Shown: positions 29,434-40,694 of the stretch, one piece after another
Position numbering within the stretch: position 1 is the stretch's first letter
Layout: each line of letters begins with the position of its first letter
Source: an uncultured Candidatus Saccharibacteria bacterium
GTDB taxonomy: Bacteria; Patescibacteriota; Minisyncoccia; Phycocordibacterales; UBA918
Assembly (NCBI GenBank): GCA_964649535.1
Contig: CAZYTF010000001.1
Location: 1,521 to 65,520, forward strand
Reading direction: 5' to 3'
DNA: 64,000 nt
The notes under the pieces: model-generated
The model's input: the letters and a program-made list of their open reading frames with translations, nothing else
What the model was told of the DNA's origin: nothing
Databases searched by the model: none
Translations under genes and position numbers: made by a program

Positions 29434-29619
29434 TCAACGCACCTGCTCAATGGTTGCAGATGCAAACTCAGTTTCAGAGTTGCGATATGAAACAATAGGT
29501 CTGCTTTTCTCGATGTGCATCGTGCTGGCAAGCCATATTAGGCATAGCGCAGGCAAGCCCATAACACAAAGTGCTGGCAAGCAGATGTAAAGAGTTCTCA
29601 AGAAACTTCTTTTCATCAT
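29434..29619 (-). CDS. small hypothetical membrane protein
   Basis: 61 aa, one TM segment, GGAG SD, upstream TATACT and downstream hairpin. Confidence 0.45.
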   Translation of the reverse strand: MMKRSFLRTLYICLPALCVMGLPALCLIWLASTMHIEKSRPIVSYRNSETEFASATIEQVR

Positions 29620-29704
29620 TACTCCACTCCCTTTGTTGTAAGTACAGGATACTATTGTTCCTCACATTTGCCTAGTATATGATGCAAAAAATACTAAAAA
29701 ACCC

Positions 29705-29732
29705 TTGCAAAAACGCATTGCTCATGTACAAT
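29705..29732 (+). promoter_or_regulatory. sigma70-type promoter of tuf-rpsJ
   Basis: TTGCAA-16 bp-TACAAT. Confidence 0.7.
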
Positions 29733-29920
29733 ACCGCCACCGCTTCGGCTTTTTGCTGGAAGTGGAGTAATCATATGATGCTCCTTTACACTCTTGCTGA
29801 GTGAGCAGACGTAGTGCGATGTTCTCGCGGAACTACTTCTGAATGCTCAGACAAAGCTTTTTATTTTATTAAAAGCAGCCGTGTGCGGTAATTTATTAAA
29901 GGTAATTAATCTTACTATTT

Positions 29921-31114
29921 ATGGCAGATTTTGATCGGTCAAAAGCACACGTAAACGTTGGTACTATTGGTCACGTTGACCACGGAAAAACTACGCTTAC
30001 AGCTGCAATTTTGAACGTGCTACACGCACATGAGTCAGAAGGGTATTCAGCTAACCTTAAAGCTGTTGAAGATATTGACAAGGCACCTGAGGAAAAGGCT
30101 CGAGGAATTACTATTTCTCTTTCTCACTCAGAGTACGAAACTCCAACTCGACACTACGCACACATTGATGCGCCAGGTCACGCGGACTACATTAAGAACA
30201 TGATTACTGGTGCTGCTCAGATGGATGGTGCTGTGCTCGTTGTTGCTGCAACAGATGGGGCTATGCCACAAACACGTGAGCACGTTCTTCTCGCAAAGCA
30301 AGTTGGTGTACCAAACATTATCGTTTTCTTGAACAAGTGCGATATGGTTGATGATGAAGAAATGATTGAACTCGTTGAAGAAGAACTTCGTGAACTTTTG
30401 ACAAAGAATGGTTTTGACGGAGCGAATGCTCCAATCATCAAAGGTTCTGGTCTTAAAGCTCTTGAAGAACCAACAGGCGAATGGGGAGATAAGGTGCTTG
30501 AACTTGCGAAAGCGATGGATGAGTACTTCCCGCTTCCAGAACGTGAGCTTGATAAGCCATTTCTTATGCCAGTTGAAGACATTTTCTCAATCGAAGGACG
30601 CGGTACTGTAGTTACAGGACGTGTTGAGCGAGGAGCTGTAAAGGTGGGTGAAGAAATTGAAATCGTTGGTATCAAGGATACTGCTCTTACAACTGTTACA
30701 GGTGTTGAGATGTTCAACAAGCAATTGGATCGAGCTCAAGCTGGAGACAATGCTGGTATTCTTCTCCGAGGTATTAAAAAGGAAGACATTCACCGAGGAC
30801 AGGTACTTTCTGCTAAAGGTTCAGTAACTCCACATACAGAGTTTGAAGCTGAAGTATACGTACTTTCTAAGGAGGAAGGTGGTCGACACACGCCATTCTT
30901 TACAGGTTACAAACCACAGTTCTACATCCGTACAACAGACGTAACGGGAGACGTTACGCTTGCTGAAGGTACAGAAATGGTTATGCCAGGAGATACTGCA
31001 ACTTTCAAAGTGAAGCTTGTAGCTCCAGTAGCTCTTGAAGATCAGCAGAACTTTGCGATTCGAGAGGGTGGCAAGACCGTTGGTGCTGGTGTGGTAACTA
31101 AGATTGTTGCGTAA
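29921..31114 (+). CDS. tuf: elongation factor Tu
   Basis: [41 protein letters not shown]. Confidence 0.98.
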   Translation: MADFDRSKAHVNVGTIGHVDHGKTTLTAAILNVLHAHESEGYSANLKAVEDIDKAPEEKARGITISLSHSEYETPTRHYAHIDAPGHADYIKNMITGAAQMDGAVLVVAATDGAMPQTREHVLLAKQVGVPNIIVFLNKCDMVDDEEMIELVEEELRELLTKNGFDGANAPIIKGSGLKALEEPTGEWGDKVLELAKAMDEYFPLPERELDKPFLMPVEDIFSIEGRGTVVTGRVERGAVKVGEEIEIVGIKDTALTTVTGVEMFNKQLDRAQAGDNAGILLRGIKKEDIHRGQVLSAKGSVTPHTEFEAEVYVLSKEEGGRHTPFFTGYKPQFYIRTTDVTGDVTLAEGTEMVMPGDTATFKVKLVAPVALEDQQNFAIREGGKTVGAGVVTKIVA

Positions 31115-31142
31115 TCAGTATTCGACTTAATCTACAAGAACT

Positions 31143-31496
31143 ATGGCAACATCAGAAAAAAAAGAATCAAAGAAAACAGCAGCATCTGAAATTCAGAAAC
31201 TGCGAATTCGAGTACGTGCATATGAGCACAAGATTCTTGATACAAGTGTAAAGCAGATTATAGATACTGCATTGCGTTTTGACGCAAAAGTTGTAGGTCC
31301 AATTCCGCTTCCGACTGAAATCAAGAAGTACACTGTGAACCGATCATCATTCGTGCACAAAGATGCGCGAGAACAATTCGAAATGCGAACTCATAAACGT
31401 GTTATCGATATCATGAATCCGAGTGCAAAGGTTGTTGAGGCGCTCACTAATCTTTCGCTTCCGTCTGGTGTCAACATCGACGTGAAGATGATGTAG
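31143..31496 (+). CDS. rpsJ: 30S ribosomal protein S10 (NusE)
   Basis: [22 protein letters not shown]. Confidence 0.97.
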   Translation: MATSEKKESKKTAASEIQKLRIRVRAYEHKILDTSVKQIIDTALRFDAKVVGPIPLPTEIKKYTVNRSSFVHKDAREQFEMRTHKRVIDIMNPSAKVVEALTNLSLPSGVNIDVKMM

Positions 31497-31497
31497 T

Positions 31498-31620
31498 AAT
31501 TTCGCCAGAAATAGCGAGTTGCTGCGTTGAACATCGGTAATCAAACGCTCGCCGTACAATACGTACGTCTCGTGTTTGATTCCTCGTTCACCTTGCAGCC
31601 CATCAATTTCTGACAAAATT
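31498..31620. repeat. palindromic REP/MITE-like element, copy B
   Basis: aatttcgccagaaat..ctgcgtt..aatcaaacg-ctcgccgtac-aata-cgtacgtctcg-tgtttgatt..ccttg..atttctgacaaaatt. Confidence 0.6.
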
Positions 31621-32433
31621 GTGATAGTTGCTATAGCCAAAAACAAAAAAGTGCGGACCTATGGTCCGCGCTTTTTTGTGTATACGCATGCAAAAGAAAA
31701 ATCAGCACTTGGGGCCGCTGATTTTTCAAAAAACACATTTCCTCGGCCTGTGGACTTCAGATAATGTATTTGATCGTGTGTGGTGGGAGACCTCTCACTC
31801 TTGCGATTATACCTCCAGCAAGAAGTCAGTGCCTTCCTACGATGCGCTCATAACACCTTTTACAGAGGCGGTAGACTTTAGCAATATTTTTTCAAAATAT
31901 CAGTTAAAGTTTTACAAAGTGCCACCCAGGCACTTTTCACACATCTTACCTTTTATGATGTGTAAAAAGTGCTTTTCTTTCAATAAAAAAGCTCGATGTT
32001 ACATTTTGTGAATGTATAAGCACCGAGCTTCGATTTTTCAGGGTATTGCATTTGGTAGCAAGCACTTTGCTTAACTTTCACCTTGTCAATCCGCCCTGAC
32101 GGGGTCGTGATGGATAGCTTCGTAGGCTACCCATCGGGATCACGGGTGGCGAGGTAATACTCGAAGAGAGAAAGTTCTCCTTTGAAGATGTTTACCACTG
32201 TCGCACGCATAGCCGTACCCCTTTTTTGCAGACAATCGGCACTCTAAAAAATAGAGTTTGGAATCGTGTCTACTATTACAAATTCCGTTACTTACGATAC
32301 TCCTATTCTTTTTGAGACGCAAGTTGTAATATGTAAGTAACCTATTGCAAATAATTGACATTATTCATATATATACTGTATTCTGCATTCTAGAAGTGTA
32401 TCGATTCGTACACAAGCATTGGAGGTATAGGAC

Positions 32434-33549
32434 ATGAAGACACGCTTAATTGAGTTTGGAGTGTTTGTTATTGCAATTGTGCTCATTTGGCATTGGTATG
32501 TTGGTTTGTTTTGGCAACCTTTGTTTTTTGCTGTGCTTCTGGCGGTAACCTTTCATGATTTTTTTGAACGGTTGTGTCGTCAAGTATGGATCAGTGATTC
32601 TATTGCTGCACTGATGGTTGCTATGATTGCGTTGCTGATCCCGGTCATTCCGGCAGTCTTCGCAGTCTACTATTCTATTGGTGTTGCTGATCGTCTGATT
32701 AGTGCACTACGCATACCGACATCGGATGAATATTTGTGGTTGTCAGAAATCGTAACAGAACTTAATGAAAGAGTTCCATTTCTGGCTGAATATCTCCAAC
32801 TTGATGGAGGAGGTATTGATTCGTTTACGAAACTGTTGACGAGTAACTGGAATGGAGTTGCGTCTGTCAGCCGATCAATTATTGGCACTGTATATACAAG
32901 CTTTGCGGGTATAATGTTTGGCATTGTTGTCGCACTCTTGGCTCTCTACTACTTTCTGAAAGATGGGAAGAAGTTGCTTGCTTTCGTAAAAAAGGCAGCG
33001 CCAGTGCGTGTCGAGTTCGTGACTCGCGCATTCGATGAGTTTGTGCAGATGACGCGTGCAATGGTTAAAGTGACCATCATCGTTGGGTTTGTGCAGGGTG
33101 CTATTGGTGGGGCAGCCCTTTGGTTTGTCGGCACGCCGTCTGCACTCATGTGGACATTTGCCATGATGCTGCTTTCCATGATGCCCATACTGGGTGCTGG
33201 TATAGTGCTTGTTCCGACATCAATCATCTACTTCTTCACAGGAGACATGGTGAGTGGCTCGGTTGTGTTGGGGACATTTGCGTTTGTGTCGGTGGTGGAT
33301 AATATCCTGAAGCCGAAAATCATTGGCGGTGATATGTCACTGAATGAAGGTTTGATTTTGCTTTCGGTTGTTGCTGGCTTGGCAACATTTGGAGCTATCG
33401 GCATGTTTGCTGGACCAATTTTGTTTGCATTGCTTACTGCAATGATTGATGTCTATCTGCGCATGGCTAGTAGTACGTTTGAATCTAAGCCGTGGCAGCC
33501 GTATACGCCACCGCCACCTGTTTTTCGTACACACAAACATCGTGTGTGA
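32434..33549 (+). CDS. AI-2E family transporter
   Basis: YYFLKDG, P.LGA.IV.VP, VDNILKPKIIG, G.FAGPIL. Confidence 0.9.
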   Translation: MKTRLIEFGVFVIAIVLIWHWYVGLFWQPLFFAVLLAVTFHDFFERLCRQVWISDSIAALMVAMIALLIPVIPAVFAVYYSIGVADRLISALRIPTSDEYLWLSEIVTELNERVPFLAEYLQLDGGGIDSFTKLLTSNWNGVASVSRSIIGTVYTSFAGIMFGIVVALLALYYFLKDGKKLLAFVKKAAPVRVEFVTRAFDEFVQMTRAMVKVTIIVGFVQGAIGGAALWFVGTPSALMWTFAMMLLSMMPILGAGIVLVPTSIIYFFTGDMVSGSVVLGTFAFVSVVDNILKPKIIGGDMSLNEGLILLSVVAGLATFGAIGMFAGPILFALLTAMIDVYLRMASSTFESKPWQPYTPPPPVFRTHKHRV

Positions 33550-33588
33550 AATGCAAAGCGTCTGGGATTTATCTCAGGCGCTTTTTAC

Positions 33589-33616
33589 TTGCATATACTT
33601 TGAATATCAGTATACT
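33589..33616 (+). promoter_or_regulatory. promoter of rplC-rplB
   Basis: TTGCAT-16 bp-TATACT. Confidence 0.7.
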
Positions 33617-33793
33617 AACGACCAGCTTTAGAAGACCTATGTTCGGTGATATGTGGCTTGCCACATTGAGAACCAATGGGCACAAAACCGCGTTTTTTTG
33701 CGGGACTTGTGTCCCGCCTAAAACGCGGTTTTGTTTATCCTCTCGAGGGTATCGGGTCTAATAAGGCAACTTTATTAGATAGTTCAAAAATAA

Positions 33794-34414
33794 ATGAAGT
33801 TTATTTTAGGGACAAAGGAAGGAATGACACAGGTGTTTGACGCAAACGGTGTCTGTCACCCTGCAACGATTCTTCGTGTTTCTCCAGCAACTATTACGCA
33901 AGTAAAAACTGCTGAGAAAGATGGATACACTGCAGTGCAGGTTGCATCAGGAGCACAAAAAGAACATCGTGTGAACAAAGCGCAGAAAGGACACCTTGGT
34001 GGCTCTTTTCAACACGTTAAAGAATTCCGACCTCGTACAAATTATGAAGAATCAGTTGATGGTCTTGAAAAAGGTCAAGTGATTGATGCTTCTGTATTTG
34101 AAGCTGGTGATACAGTGGTTGTCGCAGCGATTTCAAAAGGTAAAGGGTTTCAGGGTGTGGTGAAGCGATATAACTTCAAAGGAGGTCCTGCTTCACACGG
34201 CCAGAAGCACTCACATCGAGAACCAGGTTCTATTGGGGCTACAGGTCCAGCTCGTGTATTTAAAGGTATCCGAATGGCAGGACGCATGGGTACTGATAGA
34301 ATTACAGTAAAAAACTTGCAGGTATTGCAGGTTAATAAAGATGAAAATGTATTGCTCATTCGTGGCGCAGTACCTGGTCGAAAAGGAACATTAGTAGAGG
34401 TACGTAACGTGTAA
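33794..34414 (+). CDS. rplC: 50S ribosomal protein L3
   Basis: GTKEGMTQVF, SKGKGFQGVVKR, MAGRMG. Confidence 0.97.
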   Translation: MKFILGTKEGMTQVFDANGVCHPATILRVSPATITQVKTAEKDGYTAVQVASGAQKEHRVNKAQKGHLGGSFQHVKEFRPRTNYEESVDGLEKGQVIDASVFEAGDTVVVAAISKGKGFQGVVKRYNFKGGPASHGQKHSHREPGSIGATGPARVFKGIRMAGRMGTDRITVKNLQVLQVNKDENVLLIRGAVPGRKGTLVEVRNV

Positions 34415-34424
34415 GTATATGCAT

Positions 34425-35111
34425 ATGGAAACAAAAGTATTCACACAAGAAGGAAAAGAGAGCGGAAAAGTCACACTCCCAGACGCTGTGTTTGGAGTTG
34501 CATGGAACGCTGACCTTATCCACGAGGTGGTTGTCTCTATGCAGAGCAATGCACGGCAAAGTACTGCACACACAAAAGATCGAAGTGAAGTCGCCGGTGG
34601 CGGTAGAAAGCCATGGAAGCAAAAGGGGACTGGTCGCGCGCGACATGGTTCACGACGTTCACCGATGTGGGCTGGTGGTGGTATAGCACACGGACCTCGA
34701 AACGAAAAAGATTACTCCAAGAAGATCAATAAGAAGGTAAAAGCTAAAGCACTTGCCGTAACGCTTTCAAAGAAGTTTACTGACGGAGAAGTTATCTTCG
34801 TAGATGCACTGAGCTTTGAAGCGCCAAAGGCTGCTGATGCAAAAAAGGTTGTTGCAGCACTCGCGAAAGGTTCAGGCAATGAAATGCTTGTATCAAAGCG
34901 AACAAATGCAGCGCTCATTGTGCTTTCAGATCGGGATGAAAACGCTGAGAAGAGTTTTCGTAACTTTGGGAACATGGAAGTCATGCAAGCAAAGGATATA
35001 AATCCAGTCGACCTTCTTACCTATAAGTATGTTGTTGTAGCAAATCCAGCAAAGGCTCTTGAGATGCTTGAGTCACGTATTGGTTCTACACAATTAAGTA
35101 AGTCAAATTAA
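34425..35111 (+). CDS. rplD: 50S ribosomal protein L4
   Basis: [27 protein letters not shown]. Confidence 0.97.
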   Translation: METKVFTQEGKESGKVTLPDAVFGVAWNADLIHEVVVSMQSNARQSTAHTKDRSEVAGGGRKPWKQKGTGRARHGSRRSPMWAGGGIAHGPRNEKDYSKKINKKVKAKALAVTLSKKFTDGEVIFVDALSFEAPKAADAKKVVAALAKGSGNEMLVSKRTNAALIVLSDRDENAEKSFRNFGNMEVMQAKDINPVDLLTYKYVVVANPAKALEMLESRIGSTQLSKSN

Positions 35112-35112
35112 T

Positions 35113-35496
35113 ATGGCACTCTTTAGTCGAAACAAAGAAAAAAACACTGGAGAGAAAAACGCGGCAGCGAACGTGACGAAGAAGCCTGTGGCTTCGAGTG
35201 CACTTCCAACAGATCGCAACCTTTCTGCGGTAATTATTAAGCCTCGTATTACTGAAAAAGCAGCAACGCAAGGCGAACGCAATGTATATACGTTCATCGT
35301 CCGTCGAGATGCAACAAAGTACGATGTGCGGGATGCAGTAAAGGAACTCTTTAATGTGACGCCGGTAAAAGTGAATATCGTCAATAAATCACACAGACAA
35401 TTTATGTCACGAAGTAAGAGTCGAAAAATAACAGAAAAAGGAATGAAAAAGGCATATGTGTACCTTAAGCAAGGTGACCATATTGACCTCGCATAA
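35113..35496 (+). CDS. rplW: 50S ribosomal protein L23 with N-terminal extension
   Basis: [17 protein letters not shown]. Confidence 0.93.
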   Translation: MALFSRNKEKNTGEKNAAANVTKKPVASSALPTDRNLSAVIIKPRITEKAATQGERNVYTFIVRRDATKYDVRDAVKELFNVTPVKVNIVNKSHRQFMSRSKSRKITEKGMKKAYVYLKQGDHIDLA

Positions 35497-35513
35497 CCTG
35501 TAAGAATTATATT

Positions 35514-36365
35514 ATGATAAAAAAATATAAACCAACATCTGCAGGTCGTCGTGACGGTTCTGTTATTGACTATAAAAAAATACTTACGACGACAAGAAGT
35601 AAGCCACTTAAGTCGCTTACAAAAGGGAAGCGCTCAACTGGTGGACGCAATAGTCAGGGACGTACCACAACATGGTACCGTGGGGCTGGAAATAAGCGAA
35701 AGTATCGAGCTGTTGACTTCAAGTTTGAAAAGAAAGATATTGAAGCAAAGATTGAGACAATCGAGTATGATCCATACCGATCAGGATTCATCGCACTTGT
35801 CTTGTACAAGGATGGTGAACGACGATATGTACTTGTGCCACAAGGCATGAAGGCTGGAGACACATTTATTGTGTCAGAAACAGCAAAGGCAAAAACTGGA
35901 AATCGTTTGCCGCTTGCAAACATTCCTGTAGGTACTTACGTGTACAGCATTGAGATGAAGCCGGAAGCTGGTGCTCGTATCGCACGTTCAGCAGGTAACT
36001 ATGCAGAAGTAGTTGCTCATGATGCGGGATACACACAGTTGAAGATGCCGTCTACTGAAATTCGAAAGATTCTTTCTACATGTTGGGCTTCTATCGGTGA
36101 GGTTTCAAACGAAGAACATCGTTTAGTATCTATTGGTAAGGCTGGTCGTGCACGACACATGGGACTTCGACCAAAGACTCGTGGTACTGCAAAAAACGCT
36201 GTGGACCACCCACATGGAGGTGGTGAAGGTAAGTCTCCTCGAGGTCATAAACGATCTCGTACAAAACAAGGTCGTCCAACCGGAAAAGGACAAAAGACAC
36301 GTTCACCGAAGAAACATTCAAACAAACTTATTGTTTCACGACGTAAAGTTGGGAAGCGGCGATAA
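35514..36365 (+). CDS. rplB: 50S ribosomal protein L2
   Basis: IEYDPYRS, ARSAG, NAVDHPHGGGEG. Confidence 0.97.
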   Translation: MIKKYKPTSAGRRDGSVIDYKKILTTTRSKPLKSLTKGKRSTGGRNSQGRTTTWYRGAGNKRKYRAVDFKFEKKDIEAKIETIEYDPYRSGFIALVLYKDGERRYVLVPQGMKAGDTFIVSETAKAKTGNRLPLANIPVGTYVYSIEMKPEAGARIARSAGNYAEVVAHDAGYTQLKMPSTEIRKILSTCWASIGEVSNEEHRLVSIGKAGRARHMGLRPKTRGTAKNAVDHPHGGGEGKSPRGHKRSRTKQGRPTGKGQKTRSPKKHSNKLIVSRRKVGKRR

Positions 36366-36499
36366 GAGTAGTGTGTTACACAAAAAGCCGGCGCTTTGCG
36401 CCGGCTTTTTGTGTATAAAGTGTTGCTACTTTTTTACTAGTTTGACGCAGGATTTTTTCTATATATATTAAAAATACTTGGCAATTGTTCTGCCAAGTA

Positions 36500-36754
36500 T
36501 CACTTCTTCTCCTTCACGCAGAGGAGGGGGCCTTTATGAGCTCTGAGGTATTTTTTATTTTCTGAACACTTTGCCCATGCGCGCATTGATCGCCTTCCGC
36601 GCAGCCAAGCTTCTTTTTCGCTTAGTGCGTTAGTGACGAGGACAACTTCATTGCTCTTGTCGCTGTCAGGAACACGGTCGCCGCTCAAAAGGTCCTGTTT
36701 TATGACCACGGCAACAAAACGTTTTGGTTGTTTGAACGCAATAACATTTTTCAT
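36500..36754 (-). CDS. hypothetical protein
   Basis: 84 aa with AGGAG SD. Confidence 0.45.
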   Translation of the reverse strand: MKNVIAFKQPKRFVAVVIKQDLLSGDRVPDSDKSNEVVLVTNALSEKEAWLRGRRSMRAWAKCSENKKYLRAHKGPLLCVKEKK

Positions 36755-36842
36755 GAGGTTCTCCTAAGAACTTTTTAAATATTCAAACACGTCTATCTAA
36801 ATTTGACAATAGCTGTTGCAAAGTATAAGAGAATCTTCTTCC

Positions 36843-37160
36843 CTATACCCCTGGCTTCCGTTCTCTTTCCTTGAAACTGAAGTTCTGCAGTTTCTTGCTG
36901 TTTTGAAGCGCATGAAACACTTCCCTTGGTTTGTCTGCGTGTACCGCAATTTTTTGGACACTCTGACCTGTGATGATGAGTTCTATGCCGGCTGTTGTGT
37001 ACGCAGCTGTTACAAAGCGAGAGCTTGATCCTTTTCGACTTTGTGTTTTTATCATGCCAGGAGCAATCATTTTGACGCCATTAAGCCGTTTTAGTACAGA
37101 TACAACTAACGCAGCGGTTTCAGTCAGTGTTGTATGTTCTTTTCCACGGGGTTTTGCCAT
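36843..37160 (-). CDS. hypothetical protein (DUF2103-like)
   Basis: HTTL, KMIAPGMI, G.SVQKI pattern; TATGCT just upstream. Confidence 0.6.
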   Translation of the reverse strand: MAKPRGKEHTTLTETAALVVSVLKRLNGVKMIAPGMIKTQSRKGSSSRFVTAAYTTAGIELIITGQSVQKIAVHADKPREVFHALQNSKKLQNFSFKERERKPGV

Positions 37161-37227
37161 AGGGGGAGCATAGCATAAAAAATGTAAAAAAAGCCGCGAA
37201 TTTTCGCGGCTTCACTCTTTTTGTGCA

Positions 37228-37557
37228 TTATCGTTTAAATGCCGGCCACTTTGTGAACAGCGCTTTGAAACTTGTTGAAAAAGCGGTTTCAGATTCGTCT
37301 GATAGTTTCCTCTTATGAAACCATATAATCCAAGCTATTATGGCAAAAATAGAAGATATGAACCAGTATGAAACAAAAACCAAAAATAGTCCTCCGTAAA
37401 GCAGTACGGTACTCGGCCTACGTAACACTTCATTTGTATTTATGTCGTGTAACACTTGGGTAGTCATTGACGCTGCTAACACTAGCAAAAACACCCAGTT
37501 TATAATCAGCCTGACCACATGGTTTTGAGGCATTGCGGAACTTTTTCTCGGTTTCAT
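37228..37557 (-). CDS. hypothetical membrane protein
   Basis: Two TM segments; AAGGAG SD. Confidence 0.55.
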   Translation of the reverse strand: MKPRKSSAMPQNHVVRLIINWVFLLVLAASMTTQVLHDINTNEVLRRPSTVLLYGGLFLVFVSYWFISSIFAIIAWIIWFHKRKLSDESETAFSTSFKALFTKWPAFKR

Positions 37558-37816
37558 GTAAGAACTCCTTTCAATAGTTAGTTAACTCTTTTTCCAGTAT
37601 CGAGTCAAGCCTCTTGTGCTTCAATTTTATTGACTTTTGCCCTTATTTCCCGTACTATAGCGCACGTTCTAACCTCGTTTTGGATTCGCTCCTGGTAGGG
37701 CAATCCCTAACAAAAACCGTTACACTTTGAGCGTTTTACGCTCGAGGGCAGAATAAAATTATTAGTTTGTGGCTACTGTAAGACCACTGGTTTTTATGTA
37801 GTCGTATTTCATTCTT

Positions 37817-38146
37817 ATGTCACGATCTCTTTATAAAGGGCCGTATGTTGAAGAGAAGCTCCTAAAGAAAATTGCAGGCAAAAAGCCTAGCGATACAGGA
37901 TCTATCAAGACATGGGCCCGTGATTCGGTGATTGCTCCGGAAATGGTTGGCTTCACATTTGGAGTTCATAACGGAAAAGACCATATTGACGTACTTGTTA
38001 CGGAAGATATGGTGGGTCATCGTCTCGGTGAATTTTCACCAACGAAGAAATTTTATCGCCATGGCGGTAAAATGCAGAAAGAGCTTGATATCAAGAAGAA
38101 GGAGTCTGAAATTGCTGCTGCTAAAGCAGCAAAAGCAGCCTCATAA
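37817..38146 (+). CDS. rpsS: 30S ribosomal protein S19
   Basis: [23 protein letters not shown]. Confidence 0.97.
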   Translation: MSRSLYKGPYVEEKLLKKIAGKKPSDTGSIKTWARDSVIAPEMVGFTFGVHNGKDHIDVLVTEDMVGHRLGEFSPTKKFYRHGGKMQKELDIKKKESEIAAAKAAKAAS

Positions 38147-38160
38147 CCTAACCTGGATAT

Positions 38161-38484
38161 ATGAAAGCAGTTTTGAAAAACTACCGACAGTCTCCACGTA
38201 AGGTTCGCCTTCTTGCAGATCTCGTTCGAGGAAAAAAAGTAAAGGAAGCTCTTGCATTACTACAGTTTGCTGATAAAAAAGCAGCTGAGCCCTTTGCAAA
38301 AGTTGTACGTTCAGCAGAAGCAAATGCCACTCAGGCTGGAGCAGACGTGAGCAAGTTGATTATCAGCAAAGTGACTGTCGACAAGGGTACGATCATTAAG
38401 CGTTTTATGCCACGAGCACGTGGAAGCGCTTCACGTATCAACAAACGAAACAGTCACATTACCGTTGAACTCGGTACTAAGTAA
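38161..38484 (+). CDS. rplV: 50S ribosomal protein L22
   Basis: RQSPRKVRL, PRARGSA.RINKR.SHIT. Confidence 0.97.
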   Translation: MKAVLKNYRQSPRKVRLLADLVRGKKVKEALALLQFADKKAAEPFAKVVRSAEANATQAGADVSKLIISKVTVDKGTIIKRFMPRARGSASRINKRNSHITVELGTK

Positions 38485-38496
38485 TAAGGAAATTCT

Positions 38497-39216
38497 ATGA
38501 CACACATAGCACATCCGTACGTACAACGACTGGGTATCAACCGTGACTGGAAAAGTCGTTGGTTTACAGCTGACCCAAAGAAGTACCGCGAATATATCCG
38601 CACAGACGCTGCTATCCGAAAGCTCCTTGCAAAGAAGCTCAAGGGTATGTCGATTGATGTGGTAGAAATCGAGCGTGACGAAAAGACACTCCGTGTCCTC
38701 ATTAAAACTGCACGACCAGGACTTGTCATTGGCCGCAGTGGTGAAGGAGCTATTAAGCTTAAAAAGGACGTTGATATGCTTTTGCGTACGCTCAAGCTTT
38801 CAGAAAAACCGGATATTAAAATTGATATTGAAGAAGTTCGTTCTATTGAAACGAGCTCTGCGATTGTTGCCCAAATGATTGTTGAAGGACTTGAGAAACG
38901 AATGCCGTTTCGTCGTGTTTTGAAGCAAACAGTTGAGAAGGCAATGGCAAACCGTGATGTTCAAGGTGTTCGTATTATTGTTGCAGGTCGCCTCGGTGGC
39001 GCTGACATGGCACGACGCGAAGAACTTAAAAAAGGTCGAATCCCCCTACAAACCCTTCGTGCTGACATCGACTTTGCTCGAGAGCGCGCTAATCTTCCGT
39101 ATGGTGTGATTGGTGTGAAGGTTTGGATTTATCGAGGTGATGTGTTTGGCGATCGAAAAGCAGGTCAACAAGAAGAGAAGCGACCAGCTCCACGTCGACA
39201 ACCGCGCAACGTGTAA
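38497..39216 (+). CDS. rpsC: 30S ribosomal protein S3
   Basis: ARPGLVIG, GRLGGADMAR, PLQTLRADIDF. Confidence 0.97.
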   Translation: MTHIAHPYVQRLGINRDWKSRWFTADPKKYREYIRTDAAIRKLLAKKLKGMSIDVVEIERDEKTLRVLIKTARPGLVIGRSGEGAIKLKKDVDMLLRTLKLSEKPDIKIDIEEVRSIETSSAIVAQMIVEGLEKRMPFRRVLKQTVEKAMANRDVQGVRIIVAGRLGGADMARREELKKGRIPLQTLRADIDFARERANLPYGVIGVKVWIYRGDVFGDRKAGQQEEKRPAPRRQPRNV

Positions 39217-39226
39217 CTAACTACGT

Positions 39227-39661
39227 ATGTTATTTCCTAAAAAAGTGAAACACCGAAAGTGGCAAGTGATGCGACAGAGTGAAGAAAAGCGAAACTCGCC
39301 AGAAACACGCGGTGTAACTGTAGCTTTTGGATCATATGGTCTCAAGGCAACTACAGCATCGAGAGTGAAATCAAATCAAATTGAAGCAGCTCGTCGTGTT
39401 ATCTCACGAACACTCGGTAAAACAGGTAAGATTTGGATTCGAATTTTTCCAGACCGCCCGGCAACAAAAAAAGCTGCTGAAGTAGGTATGGGTAAGGGTA
39501 AGGGTGATCCAGAATACTTCATGTTTGAAGTAAGCCCAGGTCGTATTTTATTCGAAGTAGACGGTGTCTCTGAAGACATTGCGAAAGAAGCAATGCGAAA
39601 GGCGGCTGCAAAGCTCCCGCTGAAAGCAAAGTTTGTACATCGTAATGAGACACGTGTGTAA
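39227..39661 (+). CDS. rplP: 50S ribosomal protein L16
   Basis: QIEAAR, WIRIFPD, MGKGKG. Confidence 0.97.
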   Translation: MLFPKKVKHRKWQVMRQSEEKRNSPETRGVTVAFGSYGLKATTASRVKSNQIEAARRVISRTLGKTGKIWIRIFPDRPATKKAAEVGMGKGKGDPEYFMFEVSPGRILFEVDGVSEDIAKEAMRKAAAKLPLKAKFVHRNETRV

Positions 39662-39670
39662 AGTAAACAT

Positions 39671-39889
39671 ATGAGTAACTACAAAGAAATCCAAAAGAAG
39701 AGCGACAAGGACTTGGTAGCACATGTTGCTGAAAAGCGTGAAGAGGCACGAAAGTTCCGGTTTAATGTTGCGGGAGCAGGTACACGAAATGTGCGTGCAG
39801 TCCGAAATGCTAAGAAGGAAATTGCTCGTTCTCTTACAGAACTGAACACACGTTCAAAAAAGACTGAGTCTAACGAGAACTCTAAATAA
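39671..39889 (+). CDS. rpmC: 50S ribosomal protein L29
   Basis: Position between rplP and rpsQ; KKEIARSLT. Confidence 0.88.
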   Translation: MSNYKEIQKKSDKDLVAHVAEKREEARKFRFNVAGAGTRNVRAVRNAKKEIARSLTELNTRSKKTESNENSK

Positions 39890-40164
39890 TGCGTATGAGT
39901 AACACAGAACAAGGAGAGGCAACAACTCCAAAAGGTCGCGTATTTCGCGGCACAGTTGTCAAATCTGCGATGCAAGATACTTGCACAGTGGCTGTTGAAC
40001 GATATGTAAAACATCCAAAGTACAAGAAGTATCAGCGACGCACACAGAAATTCCTCGTACATGATGCGGGTAATACTGCAGCAGTAGGGCAAAAGGTCGA
40101 AATTAGAGAGACACGTCCTGTTTCGAAGCGAAAAAGTTTTGAGCTAGTTCAAAACTCCAAATAG
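39889..40164 (+). CDS. rpsQ: 30S ribosomal protein S17
   Basis: HPKYKK, VHD, ETRPVSKRK. Confidence 0.95.
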   Translation: MRMSNTEQGEATTPKGRVFRGTVVKSAMQDTCTVAVERYVKHPKYKKYQRRTQKFLVHDAGNTAAVGQKVEIRETRPVSKRKSFELVQNSK

Positions 40165-40167
40165 CCT

Positions 40168-40539
40168 ATGATTCAACCACAATCACTAGTAAAAATCACC
40201 GACAACTCTGGCGGTAAGATTGGCCGAGTATTCAAAGTACTTGGAGGCTCAAAGAAACGATATGCCGAACTCGGTGAGTTGGTAATTCTTTCTGTACAAA
40301 CAGCAGAACCACGAAAGCAAACCAAGAAGAAGGATATCGTGTGTGGCGTTGTTGTACGGCAGAAGAAGCCGTTTCGACGAAAAGATGGTTCATATGTTTC
40401 ATTTGACGATAATGCTGTAGTGCTTATCGACAAAGAGAAAAAAGAACCAAAAGCAAACCGTGTGTTTGGTCCTATTCCTCGAGAACTTTCTGAGGCAGGT
40501 TTTCAAAAAATTGTTTCATTAGCACCTGAAGTTGTTTAG
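40168..40539 (+). CDS. rplN: 50S ribosomal protein L14
   Basis: DNSG, FDDNAVV, RVFGPIPREL, SLAPEV. Confidence 0.97.
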   Translation: MIQPQSLVKITDNSGGKIGRVFKVLGGSKKRYAELGELVILSVQTAEPRKQTKKKDIVCGVVVRQKKPFRRKDGSYVSFDDNAVVLIDKEKKEPKANRVFGPIPRELSEAGFQKIVSLAPEVV

Positions 40540-40694
40540 CAAAATAATAATTATAAAATAATTATATATTTTGCTTATGCAGACGTTCAGTAGTTTCGAC
40601 CTTCATAGGGAGAAAATACGTTTACGTCTTGCGTAGCAGTCCAACTTTTAAGAGAAAATGAGATTGTTAAGCAAAATAAGGATATAAAACTATT

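Noticed and set aside
29759-29770. gaagtggagtaa shared by tuf and rpsN leaders (43821)
   Set aside because: A single 12-mer match in different structural contexts could be chance
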